Assembly (NCBI GenBank): GCA_018401435.1
Contig: JAGYJW010000024.1
Location: 33,122-97,121, forward strand
Source of the DNA: Deltaproteobacteria bacterium
GTDB taxonomy: Bacteria > Myxococcota_A > UBA796 > UBA2385
Length of the DNA: 64,000 nt
Direction: 5' to 3'
The position numbers and the translations under genes were made by a program. The stretch's first letter is position 1. Each line of letters starts with the position of its first letter. Below the pieces are notes generated by a model, which ran no database searches, was not told the origin of the DNA, and saw nothing but the letters and a program-made list of their open reading frames with translations. This document shows, piece by piece, positions 19,045 through 31,756 of the stretch.

Positions 19045-20820
19045 CAGGCTTGCTCAGTAGTCCCTCCGGCCCACCGCCAACCAGCTCGCTGTAGCCGTCG
19101 AGGTCCCCGCCGCCCCGGGCTGCGTACTTTCTTGCGGCTGGATCGCGCGGCAGGGGTTGCGCGTGCTCATCCGGCGAGAGATTTTGACTTGCTGGAGAGA
19201 GGAAGGGAAGAGCTTTGTGAGGGGCCCTTTGGCCGCCGCCCCGAAGACCTACGAGCAGGAGGACGTTGAGTGAAACGAAGAACCCTGAATCCCCTCGCCC
19301 GCTTCCCGGGTGGATAACCTGACGCCCGAGCGGTGGGCAACCGTCGAGGACCCTCGCAAGCCTCGCGGGGTTCGCTACAAGCTGGTGGGCTTGCTCAACC
19401 TGCTTGCGTTGGGCTTCCGGACCGTTGTTCCGACGCGTACGGCGCCGGAGCGCTCGGCATGAAGCTGGCGGTCGGTCGCTGCCGGCGTGGCTCGCCCACG
19501 GACACGACGCTGTACACCTTGGTCCGGCGTTGAGCTCCCGCGGCTCCCTGACTCCGGTCCTCGTGGACCAAGTCAAGCGAGCCGTATTGAGCAAGCTACG
19601 CAGGTGGACCCGCGGATCGGCATCTCGTTGGAATACCGACGGCAAGTGCTCGGGCGCGGACCGCGAGCTCAAGCACCGGAGTCCACCGGCATTGCCGTCC
19701 CGCGTCGGATCGCCTCGAAGCGCCGCCGAAGCGCAAACGCGACGAAGGTCCCGATGCCAGCGAAACCTTTCAGCTGCCGGACATGGAACCGGGCCTGACG
19801 GGCGCCTGGTTCGGTCAAGGCCCTCCGAGCCGTGCACGTCGCCTCCGCCGCCAAGGTGGCCATGCATCAAGTGGTCATCCTGGCGCATCGCGGCGAAGCG
19901 CCGATGTTCGAGGGCTTCTGTCCGGGAGCTGATTCGAGCCTATGGACGCCATGTCCAGTGTCTCGGTGGATGCGCGGGTTTCGTCACCATCCAGAACCTC
20001 ATGATGCTGGCGGTGTCGGGGATCCTCACATCGCCGCGCGCTCAAGGGCAAATGTGGCGCGCTGCATCGGCGACTGTCCATGGTCATGGGTCAGGCACGA
20101 TGCCTCGCCGGGCGGGAGGATCTGCCGAGACCAGGAGGTCCGCAACAAGGCCCGTGCACTGACAGTTCGGCCGGATCAATGCTGGGCGACTGCGCTGGAA
20201 GGCGACTACCGGCAGGTCTGGCGTCAGCGAACGACGATCGTCAAGGCCGGAAAGCCGCCCGTGATCGATGACCGGCTCTTCATCACCAGTCTGCCCATGA
20301 ACAGACTCACGCCAGCGCAGTGCATGGCCGCCATCCGCGCCTGACTGGGGATCGAGAACATCGTTTCTGGACCCTCGACACGCAATGGAACTGAGGACCA
20401 CCCGGGCCTGGGTCAAGCACGGCCTGGGTCGAGAGTCGTCGCCGTCCTCCGCCTACTGGCTCACAACCTCGTTCGCATCGTGCACCGGTGCCGCGAGACG
20501 GCGAGGCCCCGTCCAACGCCCAGACGGGCGGACTGCCACCCACAACCTCAGCGCAGGAAGGTGAAGGTCTCCTTCCGCGAAGTCATGGAGCCCTCCAGCG
20601 CGACGCACTGGTGATGCCCGGGGATCCTTCCGATCCCGGGCAGAACATAACGACCCGCTCGCCCAGGCTCTTCCTCCCTCTCTCGGCAACCCATCGCAGC
20701 GACAGGTCCCGGCAAGCATGGCCGCGTCCTCATCGTGTGTCTACGAGCCGGGGAACGGTCGAAACACACCGCAGAGCTGGGGTAGGATCAATGGATATTC
20801 AGGTCTACCGATCAAGCCTG
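19045..20820 (+). mobile_element. ISAs1-family insertion sequence, decayed copy B (1776 bp)
   Basis: Same terminal repeats as copy A. Flanked by GCTGGCACC at 19036-19044 and 20821-20829. Many substitutions and indels relative to copies A and C. Confidence 0.85.
19270..20650 (+). pseudogene. ISAs1-family transposase, multiple frameshifts (copy B)
   Basis: Starts at GTG (MKRRTLNPL...). Fragments such as PTDTTLYTLVRR, VHVASAAKVAMHQVVI and ITSLPMNRLTPAQCMAAIRA* are spread over all three frames. The shared TAA is at 20648-20650. Confidence 0.8.
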
Positions 20821-20829
20821 GCTGGCACC

Positions 20830-22612
20830 CAGGCTTGCTCAGTAGTCCCTCCGGCCCACCGCCAACCAGCTCGTAGCCGTCGAGGTCCCCGCCGCCCCGG
20901 GCTGGGTGCGTACTTTCTTGCGGTTGATCGCGCGGCAGGGGTTGCGCGTGCACATCCGGCGAGATCTCGGACCCGCCGCGAGAGAAGGAAGAGCTTGGGT
21001 GAGCAAACCCTCACCCAAGCCGGCCCGAAGACCTGGCATTGCGCTGGCGTGAGGACGTTGAGGAAACGAAGAACCCTGAATCCCCTGCCCGCTTCCTGCG
21101 GGATGAACGACGCCCGAGCGGTGGGCAACCGTCGAGGACCTCGCAAGCTCTCAGTGGGGTTCGCTAAGCTGGTGGCTGTCACCTGCTTGTGTTGGGCCTG
21201 ACCGTTGGCTCCCCGCACGCGATGTCGAGCGCCCGGGCACAGTTGGCGGTCGGTCGGGCTGGCCGTGCGGCTCGCCCACGGACACGATCGCCGCACCTTG
21301 GTCCGGCGGTTGAGCCCCGCGGCCCTGACCCGGTCCGGGACCAAGTCAAGGAGCTGTGGCTGAGCAAGCGCATGCAGGTGGACCCTGCGATCGGCATCTC
21401 GTTGGTGGCCATCGACGGCAAGTGCCTGGGCGCGGACCGCGAGCTCAAGCACCCGGAGTCCACCGGCATTGCCGTCCCGCGTCGGACCGCCTCGAAGCGC
21501 CGCTCGAAGCGCAACGCGACGAAGGTCCTGATGCCGCCGGGAAACCTTCAGCTGCCGGACATGGACCTGGGCCCGGACGGAATTCACCTGGTCAAGGCCC
21601 TCCGAGCCGTGCACGTCGCCTCCGCCGCCAAGGTGGCCATGCATCAAGTGGTCATCCCGGCGCATCGCGGCGAAGCGCCGATGTTCGAGGGCTTCGTCCG
21701 GGAGCTGATTCGAGCCTATGGACGTGCCATGGTCCAGTGTGTCTCGGCGGGATGCTGGCTTCGTCACCATCCAGAACTCATGATGCTGGCGGTGTCGGGG
21801 ATCCCCTTACATCGCCGCGCCTATGGGCAATGCGGGGCGTGCGCTGCACCGGCGCCTGTCCATGGTCATGGGTCAGGGCACTGATGCGCCCCGCCGGGCG
21901 GGTGGATCGCCGAGACCCAGGAGGTCCGCAACAAGGCCCAGGTGGTGCACCGACAGTTCGGCCGGATCGACGAGCTGGGCGACTGCATGGAAGGCGACTA
22001 CCGGCAGGTCTGGCGTCAGCGAACGACGATCGTCAAGGTGAAAGCCGCCCGTGATCGATGACCGCTCTTTCATCACCAGTCTGCTCATAAACAGGCTCAC
22101 GCCAGCGCAGTGCATGGCCGCCATCCGCGCCCACTGGGGGATTTGAGAACGACTGTTTCTGGACCTCGACACGCAATGGAACGAGGACACCCGGGCTCAG
22201 TCAAGCACGGCCTGGGTCGAGAGTCGCTCGCCGTCCTCCGGCTCATTGCCTACAACCTCGTTCGCATCGTGCGGCACCGGGTGCTGCGAGACGGCGAGGC
22301 CCCCGTCCAACGCCCAGACGGGCGGACCGCTCACCCACAACCTCAAGCGCAGGAAGGCAAGGCCCTTCCGCGAAGTCATGGAGCTCCTCCGCGACGCACT
22401 GGTGATGCCCGGGATCCTTCCGATCCCGGGCAGAACATAACGACCCGCTCGCCCAGGCTCTTCCCCTCCCTCTCTCGGCAACCCATCGCAGCGACAGGTC
22501 CCGGCAAGCATGGCCGCGTCCTCATCGTGTGTCTACGAGCCGGGGAACGGTCGAAACACACCGCAGAGCTGGGGTAGGATCAATGGATATTCAGGTCTAC
22601 CGATCAAGCCTG
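20830..22612 (+). mobile_element. ISAs1-family insertion sequence, decayed copy C (1783 bp), in tandem with copy B
   Basis: Begins 9 bp after the end of copy B with the same CAGGCTTGCTCAGTAGTCC terminus and ends ...GGTCTACCGATCAAGCCTG at 22612. The right flank cGGTGGCACC resembles the GCTGGCACC target. Confidence 0.85.
21069..22440 (+). pseudogene. ISAs1-family transposase, start codon lost and multiple frameshifts (copy C)
   Basis: The GTGAAACG start of copies A and B reads GAGGAAACG here. Fragments AIDGKCLGADRELKHPESTGIAVPRR, VKALRAVHVASAAKVAMHQVVIPAHRGEAPMFEGFVRELIRAYGR and LRLIAYNLVRIVRHRVLRDGEAP lie in different frames. Confidence 0.8.
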
Positions 22613-22621
22613 CGGTGGCAC

Positions 22622-24526
22622 CTATCGGGAGGCGCAGGGGTGCTGCGGCAGCACGAGGCTGTTGTTGGCCTCGTGGCACTCCTCGACATGGTCTTCGTTG
22701 ACGCCATTGTCGTCGATGCGAATGAGCAGGCCGCTGCTGCCGAAGTGTTCGGGGCCCAGGCGCAGGGGGCCCCAGAAGCGCTCTTCGCCGGCGGGCACGG
22801 TGCCGAGCACGACGCTGGTGATCAGGCTGCGCTCGCTGCCGTCCAGGCGGTAGATCGCGGCGGGCACGGCGTCAGCGGCGGCGATGCCCTGGTTGTTGAA
22901 GGCCAACCACAGCTCGGCCTCGCCCGTCTCTGCACATTCATCGGTGCAGGCGATGGGGTCTCCCACCCGCAGGTCCGGCAGATCCAGGCCCACCCGCGTC
23001 TCGCTGTTGCCGGCCCGGAAGCTGTTCCAGCTGCGCCAGGGGGGCAGGGGACGGGGCGGCACCGTCGCGTCGTCCCGGATGTTGGAGATGGACCAGGCGT
23101 GCTGGTTCCAGATGGGCGGCGCAGCTCAGGAGCCCGTGCGGTCGCCGATGACCCGGATGCCGTGGCTGTCCCGGTGGATGGAGTAGTCGTTGGAGGCGAC
23201 GATGATCTCGGCGGCGCCGTCCTTGTCTACGTCGGCGACAATGGGGTACTCAAAGAGGGTGCCCGAGCTGTGGTCGGTCAGGGCCAGCTCGACGCTGCCG
23301 GTGCTGCCATCAAAGACCCACAGCGTCTCTTCATCGGCATAGACCACCTCGGCGGCGCCGTCGCCCTCGAAGTCAAAGACGCTGCTGCCCGTGCGCCGAC
23401 TCGACGCGTCGATGACCGGCATGCGCCACAGCTCGGTGCCATCGGTGTCCACCACCCGGTACCAGAGCTCGCTGGCGATGCCCACCTCGGGCAGGCCGTC
23501 GCCGTCGAAGTCGGCCACGGTGGGGGGACCACCGCCCAGATCATCGAGATCGAAGCGCCACAGCTCGGTCCCATCGGCGTGGCGGGCCACGATCTGTCTT
23601 CGCCGCTCACCCTCGACGGTGAGCACCTCGGGCTGGCCATCGCCATCCATATCCGCCACCGCCGCATAGCCGTCGTCCGGGGCATCCCAGACCACGCTGC
23701 CGTCCGATGCATAGACGGTATTGCCCGCGATCAATTCCTGCCGGCCGTCCTGGTCCAGGTCCATGAAGAAGCTGATGTAGAGACCCGTGTCTGCAGCCCC
23801 GGTGAAGCGCACGGACCCATCGGCGGCCAGGACCATGGGCCCCACGGCGATCTCGGCCACGCCGTCGCCGTCCATATCGCCCACCGCCGGGTAGCCATAG
23901 CCATAGCTGCTGGCCGGATCGAGGGGGGTATTCCAGACCAGGGCGCCGGTGGCGTCCAGGCGCAACACACCGCCATTGCGCGAGGCGAAGATGGAGGGCC
24001 CGCTGCCGTCCACATCGGCGATGGCGACGCCGGAGGTGCCGGCCACGGCCACCCCGCCGCCCAGATCGGTGTGGGACCACAGCGTGGCGCCGTCAATGCC
24101 GGACAAGGCGACGATGGCGCCGGCGCTGGTATAGGCGCCCGAGCTGGAGAAGGCGGCAAAGACGATGTCGGGTACGTCGTCTTCGTCGATTCGGCCGTCC
24201 CCGTTGTCGTCGTTGAGGTTGCCGATGGCCGGGGCCGCCATCACCTGGTTGAACTCCGGGTGGATGGGGTTGTCGGACCAGGCCCATTCGACCACGGGGT
24301 CAAAGACGCCCACGTCGGCCTCGGCCCGGCAGGCGGCGTCGGTGGGGACCGCGCCCGGCTCTGGATCCGTGAGATCGCAGGCGGGGGGCTCGTCTTCGGG
24401 CTCTGGGCTGGCAGTGTCGCCGCCGGGCGGGTTGGGATCCTTGGTGCCGGCAAGGTCATAGTCGCTGCAGGCACCCAGCAGGGCCAGGAGCAGCAGCCCC
24501 CGGGGCGGCGACGCTCCCGGCCTCAT
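22622..24526 (-). pseudogene. FG-GAP/VCBS-repeat lipoprotein interrupted by an in-frame TGA (23126-23128)
   Basis: Lipobox LLALLGAC. Repeated DxDGDG motifs (DDNGDGRIDEDD, GDMDGDGVAE, ADMDGDGQPE, ADFDGDGLPE, FDFEGDGAAE, ADVDKDGAAE). After the TGA the same frame continues with AAPPIWNQHAWSISNIRDD... to 22622. Confidence 0.8.
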
Positions 24527-25326
24527 GCCCGGTCCGGCAGGGGCGGCTGCGGGACGATGGCGCTGGCCGGCGGGGTGCTGGCGGGCTCTCCCAGCAGTCG
24601 GGTGAGGGAGCCCGTTCCGATGGCAGCCTGGGCCGCCTCGTCGGCGATGCAGCCCGGCCAGGCCCAGGCGGCCTCGACCCGTTGGGCGGCCTCGTCCAGA
24701 TCCGCGAGGCTGAGCATGGACTGGAGCAGATCCTGGGCGTCGTCGAAGGCCTCGTCAAAGTCGCTGGCGGCACGCGCCAGGCCCAGGGCCAGGGCGCCAG
24801 CGGGGGGGCGGGCCTCCAGGGAGCGCCGCAGCTCGGCGGTGGCTTCGGTCACCGCGTCCACCGCAGCATGGGGCCAGGCGCTGCCGTGGCGGGGCTTCCG
24901 GTTTTCGAAGAATCGGCGCAGGCGGAGGTCGGCGTGCTCGGCCCGCTCCAGCAGGGCCTCGGGGTCCCGCAGCCGGTGCTCCAGCTGGGCCTGCTCCAGG
25001 GCCAGGATGCCCAGGCCGCGGGTGAGCTGCTCGCGAAGGGCGCCCAGGGCCTGCCGCACAGCCAGCTCGGCCTGAAGGCTGCGGCACTCTGCGCCCGCCG
25101 GCCGCAGCTCGGTCAAGGCGTGCAGCACCCGCGCCCGCGCCACCAGGCCCTCGGAGTAGCCTTGCAGCAGCTCGCGCACATTCCGGATGGCCTCCTCGGG
25201 CGCGATGGGCGTGTCGGCCTCGGCATTGTCGGCAAACCAGGCCGCGATGGCCTCGGCGTGTTCTTCGGCCTCGTCCAGGAGGACGCAGGCGGAGCGCAGG
25301 CGGCGATCGACGGCTCGGGCGGGCAT
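24523..25326 (-). CDS. hypothetical alpha-helical protein
   Basis: ATG 25326 (MPARAVDRRL...). High GC3 and Ala/Leu/Glu-rich helical sequence. Its stop overlaps the FG-GAP start (ATGA at 24523-24526). No recognisable motif. Confidence 0.45.
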   Translation of the reverse strand: MPARAVDRRLRSACVLLDEAEEHAEAIAAWFADNAEADTPIAPEEAIRNVRELLQGYSEGLVARARVLHALTELRPAGAECRSLQAELAVRQALGALREQLTRGLGILALEQAQLEHRLRDPEALLERAEHADLRLRRFFENRKPRHGSAWPHAAVDAVTEATAELRRSLEARPPAGALALGLARAASDFDEAFDDAQDLLQSMLSLADLDEAAQRVEAAWAWPGCIADEAAQAAIGTGSLTRLLGEPASTPPASAIVPQPPLPDRA

Positions 25327-25399
25327 CGCGGTCCTGGCAGGAGGCTCCAAGACGCTACACCGGGGCGGCCCGTCGGCGCCAGCCCCAAGGCGGCCGCCC

Positions 25400-26797
<1,398 letters not shown>

Positions 26798-26849
26798 CGG
26801 TCGGGCTCCGGTGGGGGCGGTCAGCGCCCCGGGCGGACCCACCTAACCC

Positions 26850-27635
26850 TCAGGGCAGGCTGGCGATGAAGTCCTCCCACTCCGTGCCGTCGTCGGACAG
26901 CTCCGTGTCGCAGCCCAGGCTGTTGGCATAGGCGGTGATGTCGCCCACGCGGCTCTCGTTGCTGGGGTGGGTGGAGAGGAATTCGGGGATCTCGCCGCCG
27001 CCCTCCTCCTGAAGCTGCCGGAAGAAGCCCGCGGTGCCATCGGCGGCCCAGGAGGTCTCGCACAGGTACTCCACGCTGCGAGAGTCGGCCTCTACCTCGG
27101 CCTTTCGGCTGAAGGAGAGCTGGGCGAGGCCAGCGGCCACCTCGGTGAGCAGACCCGGGTTGTCGCCCAGGACCAGCTCGATCATCAGGGACAGGCCGTA
27201 GACCTTGGACAGCTGCTCGGTGCTGTGGCGTTCGGCGGCGTGGGCCAGCTCGTGGCCCAGGACCCCGGCGAAGTAGTCGTCTTCGGACAGGTACTTGAGG
27301 ATGCCGGTGTAGATCCAGATGTAGCCGCCGGGGGCCGCAAAGGCGTTGAGCGTCTCGGCATCGTCGATGATGTAGAGCTCCCACTCGAATTCGTCGGCAT
27401 GGTCCACCTGTCCGGTGGCCAGCAGCTCGTCGCGCATCATGTACAGGTAGGCGTAGGCGTCGGGGTGCTCGCCCTCGTCCAGGATCGGGTAGTCCTGCGG
27501 ATTGAGCAGGATCTCGTCGCGAAGCTGCTGCCCGAGCGCGATGTCGTCTTCGATGCTGAAGAGGTTGAAGGAGCCTTCGGAGCAGCCGGTGCTCAAGGCG
27601 AGGGCCACGGCGGGCAAGAGGGGGGCGGTGCGCAT
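26850..27635 (-). CDS. M48-family zinc metallopeptidase lipoprotein
   Basis: HELAHAAERH (HExxH) with a downstream EVEAD. Signal peptide and lipobox LALSTGC. AGGAG lies upstream of ATG 27635. Confidence 0.75.
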   Translation of the reverse strand: MRTAPLLPAVALALSTGCSEGSFNLFSIEDDIALGQQLRDEILLNPQDYPILDEGEHPDAYAYLYMMRDELLATGQVDHADEFEWELYIIDDAETLNAFAAPGGYIWIYTGILKYLSEDDYFAGVLGHELAHAAERHSTEQLSKVYGLSLMIELVLGDNPGLLTEVAAGLAQLSFSRKAEVEADSRSVEYLCETSWAADGTAGFFRQLQEEGGGEIPEFLSTHPSNESRVGDITAYANSLGCDTELSDDGTEWEDFIASLP

Positions 27636-27702
27636 CGGGGCTCCTGGCGATCGGCGGTGAGACGACCGCGGGGGCTGATTCTTCAACCGCTGCTGCGGTG
27701 GC

Positions 27703-30700
27703 TCAGCCCTCGGGGCGCCGATCTCCGCGTAGATCCTGGATGGTGGACTGAAAGCGGACGATCTCGTCCTGGTGTTCGCGGCGCAGGCGATCCACCTCGG
27801 CGAGGGCCTCTTCGAGGCTGCCTTCGAGGCGGCGGCGGTCGGCCTCGGCGCGGGCGGCCCGGGTGTCGGCGGAGCCGGCGGTGGCGGACAGGGACCCGGT
27901 CTGCTCCTCCAGGGCCCGCTTCAGGCGCTCGACCTCGCCCTTGGCCCAGCGGGCCTCGGTGCGGGCCTCGCTGCGCTCGCTGCGCAAGGCGGCCACGGCC
28001 TGGGCCAGGGCGTCGCGTTCGGCCAGGGCGGCGCTGAGCTGGTCCCCCTGGTCCACCTTGACCTGGTGGGTGCGCTCCGAGGCGACCTCCAGGCTGCGGC
28101 GCAGGGTCTCGACCTCGCGCTGGCTGGCTTGGGCCGATTGCAGGGCGTCCACCCGGCTGCGGCGGGCCTGATCGGCCTCGGCGCGGGCCTGCTCCAGGGC
28201 GACGCGGTCGGCGCGGAGCTGGGTGGTGAGCTCTTCGAGGCGGGCCTCGGAGTCGGCCGCACGATCCCGGGCCTCCTGGGCCTGTTGCAGGGCGGACTGG
28301 CTCTCGGCCTTCGCGGCGCGGATGGCGATGGCGGCGCGCTCGGCGCCCTCGGCCTGGGCCTGCCTGGCCTCGCGCTCGCGCTGGCGGAGGCGCTCGGCGG
28401 CCTCCCGGGCCTCCGGGCGGCGGCGCCCTCGGCCTGGGTGGCCTCCAGGCGCTGCTGCTGGAGTGGCCTCGACCTGGGCCTGCTGTTCGCGCAGGGACGC
28501 CTGGGCCTGCTGAAGCCCGGGCTGGAGGCCCTGGAGGCGCTGGCGCAGGGCCTCGGACTCCTGCTGGGCGGCGGCGGCGGGCGGAGCGGGCCTGGGCGAG
28601 GTCGGCCAGGGCCTCGTCCCGGGCCAGGCGGGCGGCCTCGCCGTCGGCCTCGGTGGCCTGCCGCTGGCGGCTGGCGGTGGCGGCCCGCTGGGCGGCGCGC
28701 AGGGCCTCGGCCCGGCCTCGCGGACCGCGACGCGGGCGGCGTCGCGCTCGGCGTGGGCGGCGTCGCGCTCGGTCCAGGCGGCGTCGCGCTCGCTCCGGGC
28801 GCTGTCGCGGGCAGCCAGGGCCTCGGTCATGGCGGACTGGGCGGTGAAGGCCGACTCCTCGGCGACCAGCGCCCGCTGGGTGGCGGCGGTGGCGGTCTCC
28901 TGGGCGGCGGCCTCCGCAGGCGGGCGCGGCGTCGCGCTCGGCCAGGGCGGCGTCGCGTTCGGCTCCGGGCGACCTGGCGGGCGGCCCCGCTGGCCCGTTG
29001 GCCTCGCGGGCGGCCTCGGCCTGGGCGCGGGCAGCGGCGAGGCGCTCTTCGGCCTGCTGGGCCTCGGCCAGGGCCTGATCCCGGGCGGCGAGGGCCTGGG
29101 CGCGGGCAATCTCGGCGGCCTGTCGGGCCACATCCGCGGCGATCTGCGCTGAGACAGCGTTCTCGGCCAGGTCCGTGGCGGCCTTCTCGGCCCGCTCGGC
29201 GGCCTGAGGGCCAGCAGCCCGTCCACCACCCGCTGTTGGGCCTCGTCCCTGGCGTCGCTGAGGGCCTGGACGTCGGCGCGCAGCTTGCGGCCCTGGGCCT
29301 GGGCCTCGCCCAGCTCGGCGCGGGCGACTTCGAGGGCCTGGCGCAGGTGCTCGGCGTCGGCCCGGGCGGCGTCGGCGTGGGCCTGCACGGCGCTGAGCTG
29401 CTGGAGGGCCTCGTCCCGGGCGCTCAAGGCGGCCTGGGCGCCCTCGATCGCCGTCGTGCGCTCGCTCCAGGCGTGCTGGGCGAGGCGGCGGGCCTCGTCA
29501 GCGTCCTTGGCGGCGTCGGCGGCCTGGGCGCTGGCTGCGGCGGCGGCGGACTCGGCCGCGTCCTGGGCGGCCCGGGCCTGCTGGGCCTGCTGGGTGGCGG
29601 CGTCGCGGGCGGCCTCTGCGGCGCTGCGGGCCTGCTGGTCGGCCTGGGCCTGGGCCTGGGCCTGGGCGCGGGGCCTCGCTGTCCCGGGCAGCCTGGGCCT
29701 CGGCGCGGTGGGCCCGGGTCAGGCGGCTCCCTCGCGCTCGGTCAGGGCGTCCTGGGCGGCGGCCTCGCCTGCATGGCGCGGCGGGTGGCGGCGTCGGCCA
29801 GGCCCTCGGCGTCGGCAGCGCGGGCCTCGGCGGGCCTGCGGGCGGTGGCGTCGGCCTGGGCCCGCCCCAGGGCGAGCCTCGCGGGCGGCTTCGGCGTTGT
29901 GGGCGGCTTCACGGGCGAGATCGGCGTCTCGTTCGGCCTCGATGCGGGCGGCCAGGGCGCTGTCGCGCTCGGCGACGGCCTTGGTGGCGCGCTCCTGGCT
30001 GAGCTGGGCGCGGCGCTCGGCGTCGTCCACCCGGGGCTGCAAGGCGGCCAGCTCGCGCACCCGCTCGGCCAGCTTCCTGGCGGGCGCGATCCAGGCCGCG
30101 GCGCAGATCCTGGGCGGACAGCTCGGCCTCGCGGGCGCGGGCGTGGGCCTCGACCTCGGCCCGTGGGCGAGCTGGGCGGCCTGATGGCCTCTGTCGCGGT
30201 CCCGGCGGCTGCGCTCGGCCTCGGTGCGGGCGCTGTCGGCCGCAGCGGTGGCCTCTGCGATCTGGGCCGTCAGGACTTCATTCTCGGCCTGGGTGCTGGC
30301 GCGGGCGGCGTCGGCGCGGGCGGCGTTTTCAGTGGCCCGGCGCTCGGTGCTGCGGGATTGGGCGAGGCTGGTCTCGGCGGCGTCGAGGCGCTCGCGCAGG
30401 CTGCTGGATTCGGCCTGCAGGCGGGTGGCCGCCTCGGTGGCATCGGCGGCGGCGCGGTCGGCGAGGACCGCAGCTGCGCGGTCGCTGTCACGCTCGGCCT
30501 CGGCCAAGTCACGGGCTCTCGATGGCGGCCTGGGCGTCCTGGCGGGACTTGCGGGCGTCGTCCTGGGCGACGCGGGCGGTGTCGGCGTGGCGGTCGGCCC
30601 GGGCGGTGGCCCTGTCGGCCCGCTGGCGGGCGGCGCGGGCCTCTTCTGGGCGCGGGCCAGCTCGGCCTTGGCCTGCTCTTCGGACCGGCGGGCGACATCG

Positions 30701-31647
30701 AGGGCCCGCGGCTGCCTCGGCCACGACCTGCGCGGCGTCCAGATCGTCCTGGGCGCGCGTGGCGGCGAGGCGGGCGGCCCGGCGGCCTGCCGGGCGTCGT
30801 CGCGCTCCTGGCGCACCCGGGCCAGGGCGGCCAGGGCGGCGTCGGCCTCGGCGCGGGCGGCCGCACCCTCGTCCCGGGCCACGCGCGTCTCGACCCGGGC
30901 CTCGCGGGCCTCGTCTCGGGCGGCGGCTTGTTCGGCCTGGGCCTGGCGCACCTCGGCCCGGGCCTGCTCGGCCAGGGCGTGGGCGGCGTCGCGCCCGGTG
31001 CGGGCGCGCTCGGACCCGCTGCGGAAGGCCTCGACGGCCTCCTTGCCGCGCTGGCGGTCGGCCTCGGCCCGCGGCGGCCACCCGGGCCTGGTCGGCGTCG
31101 GCGCGGGCGATCTCGGCTTTTTCGCGGGCTTCGGCCACCCGGCTGCGCTGGTTCTCGATCTCCGCCCGGGCCTCGGACAAGGCGGCGCGGGCGGTGGCGG
31201 CCTCTTCGCGGGCGGCGTTGGCGTCTTCGCGCAGGACCGAGAGCTCGGCCCGCATCCGGGCCACGTCGCGGCTCGCCTCTTCTGCGCTGGCAATTGCGGT
31301 GGCGGCGTCGTCTTCGGCCTGGTCGATGGCGGCGGACACCGACTCCAGGCGCTGCTGCAAGGCCTGGACCTCGGCCCGGGCATAGGCGGACTCGTGGATG
31401 GCGGCGTCGGCCCGCTCGCGCTGCTCTTCGGCGGCGCTGCGGGCGCGTTCGACCAGCCACGGGCGGCGGCGCTCGACCCGTCCCCATCGGCGGCCTCGCG
31501 CTGCTCGTTCAGATCCTCTTGCAGGCGGCGAATGCGCTCGCGCAGGCGCTTGATCTCGCCCTGGGCGGCGAGGAGCTGGCTCTGGGAGGCCCCGAGGGCG
31601 ACCTTGAGGCTGGTGTCTTCCACATCGGGGGCGCTGCGCTGCTGCAC
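27703..31647 (-). pseudogene. giant Ala/Glu/Arg/Gln-rich coiled-coil protein gene (~1300 codons) with roughly 20 reading-frame switches
   Basis: GAGG plus GTG 31647. Coiled-coil text (e.g. LLAAQGEIKRLRERIRRLQEDLNEQ, RMRAELSVLREDANAAREEAA, ERDAAWTERDAAHAERDAARVA, EVERLKRALEEQ, EVDRLRREHQDEIVRFQSTIQDL*) can be followed continuously only by hopping among all three minus frames. Intervening stretches in any single frame turn Pro/Arg/Gly-rich. Confidence 0.65.
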
Positions 31648-31756
31648 GTTCCGGACCTCACTGAGACGACGCGGGGAGTCTATTGTGGAACGGCCGATCG
31701 GGCGTTCCCCGCCGGCAGGCCGATCGCCGGGGCCTCGTCCAGAGTAGGCTGCGGGC

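Noticed and set aside
23100-23128. Selenocysteine recoding of the in-frame TGA in the FG-GAP gene
   Set aside because: Only a weak 4-5-bp stem follows the codon. No selenoprotein machinery is visible in the window. TGA is one transition from TGG. TGA is also used as an ordinary stop by many genes here, including recC, recB and recD.
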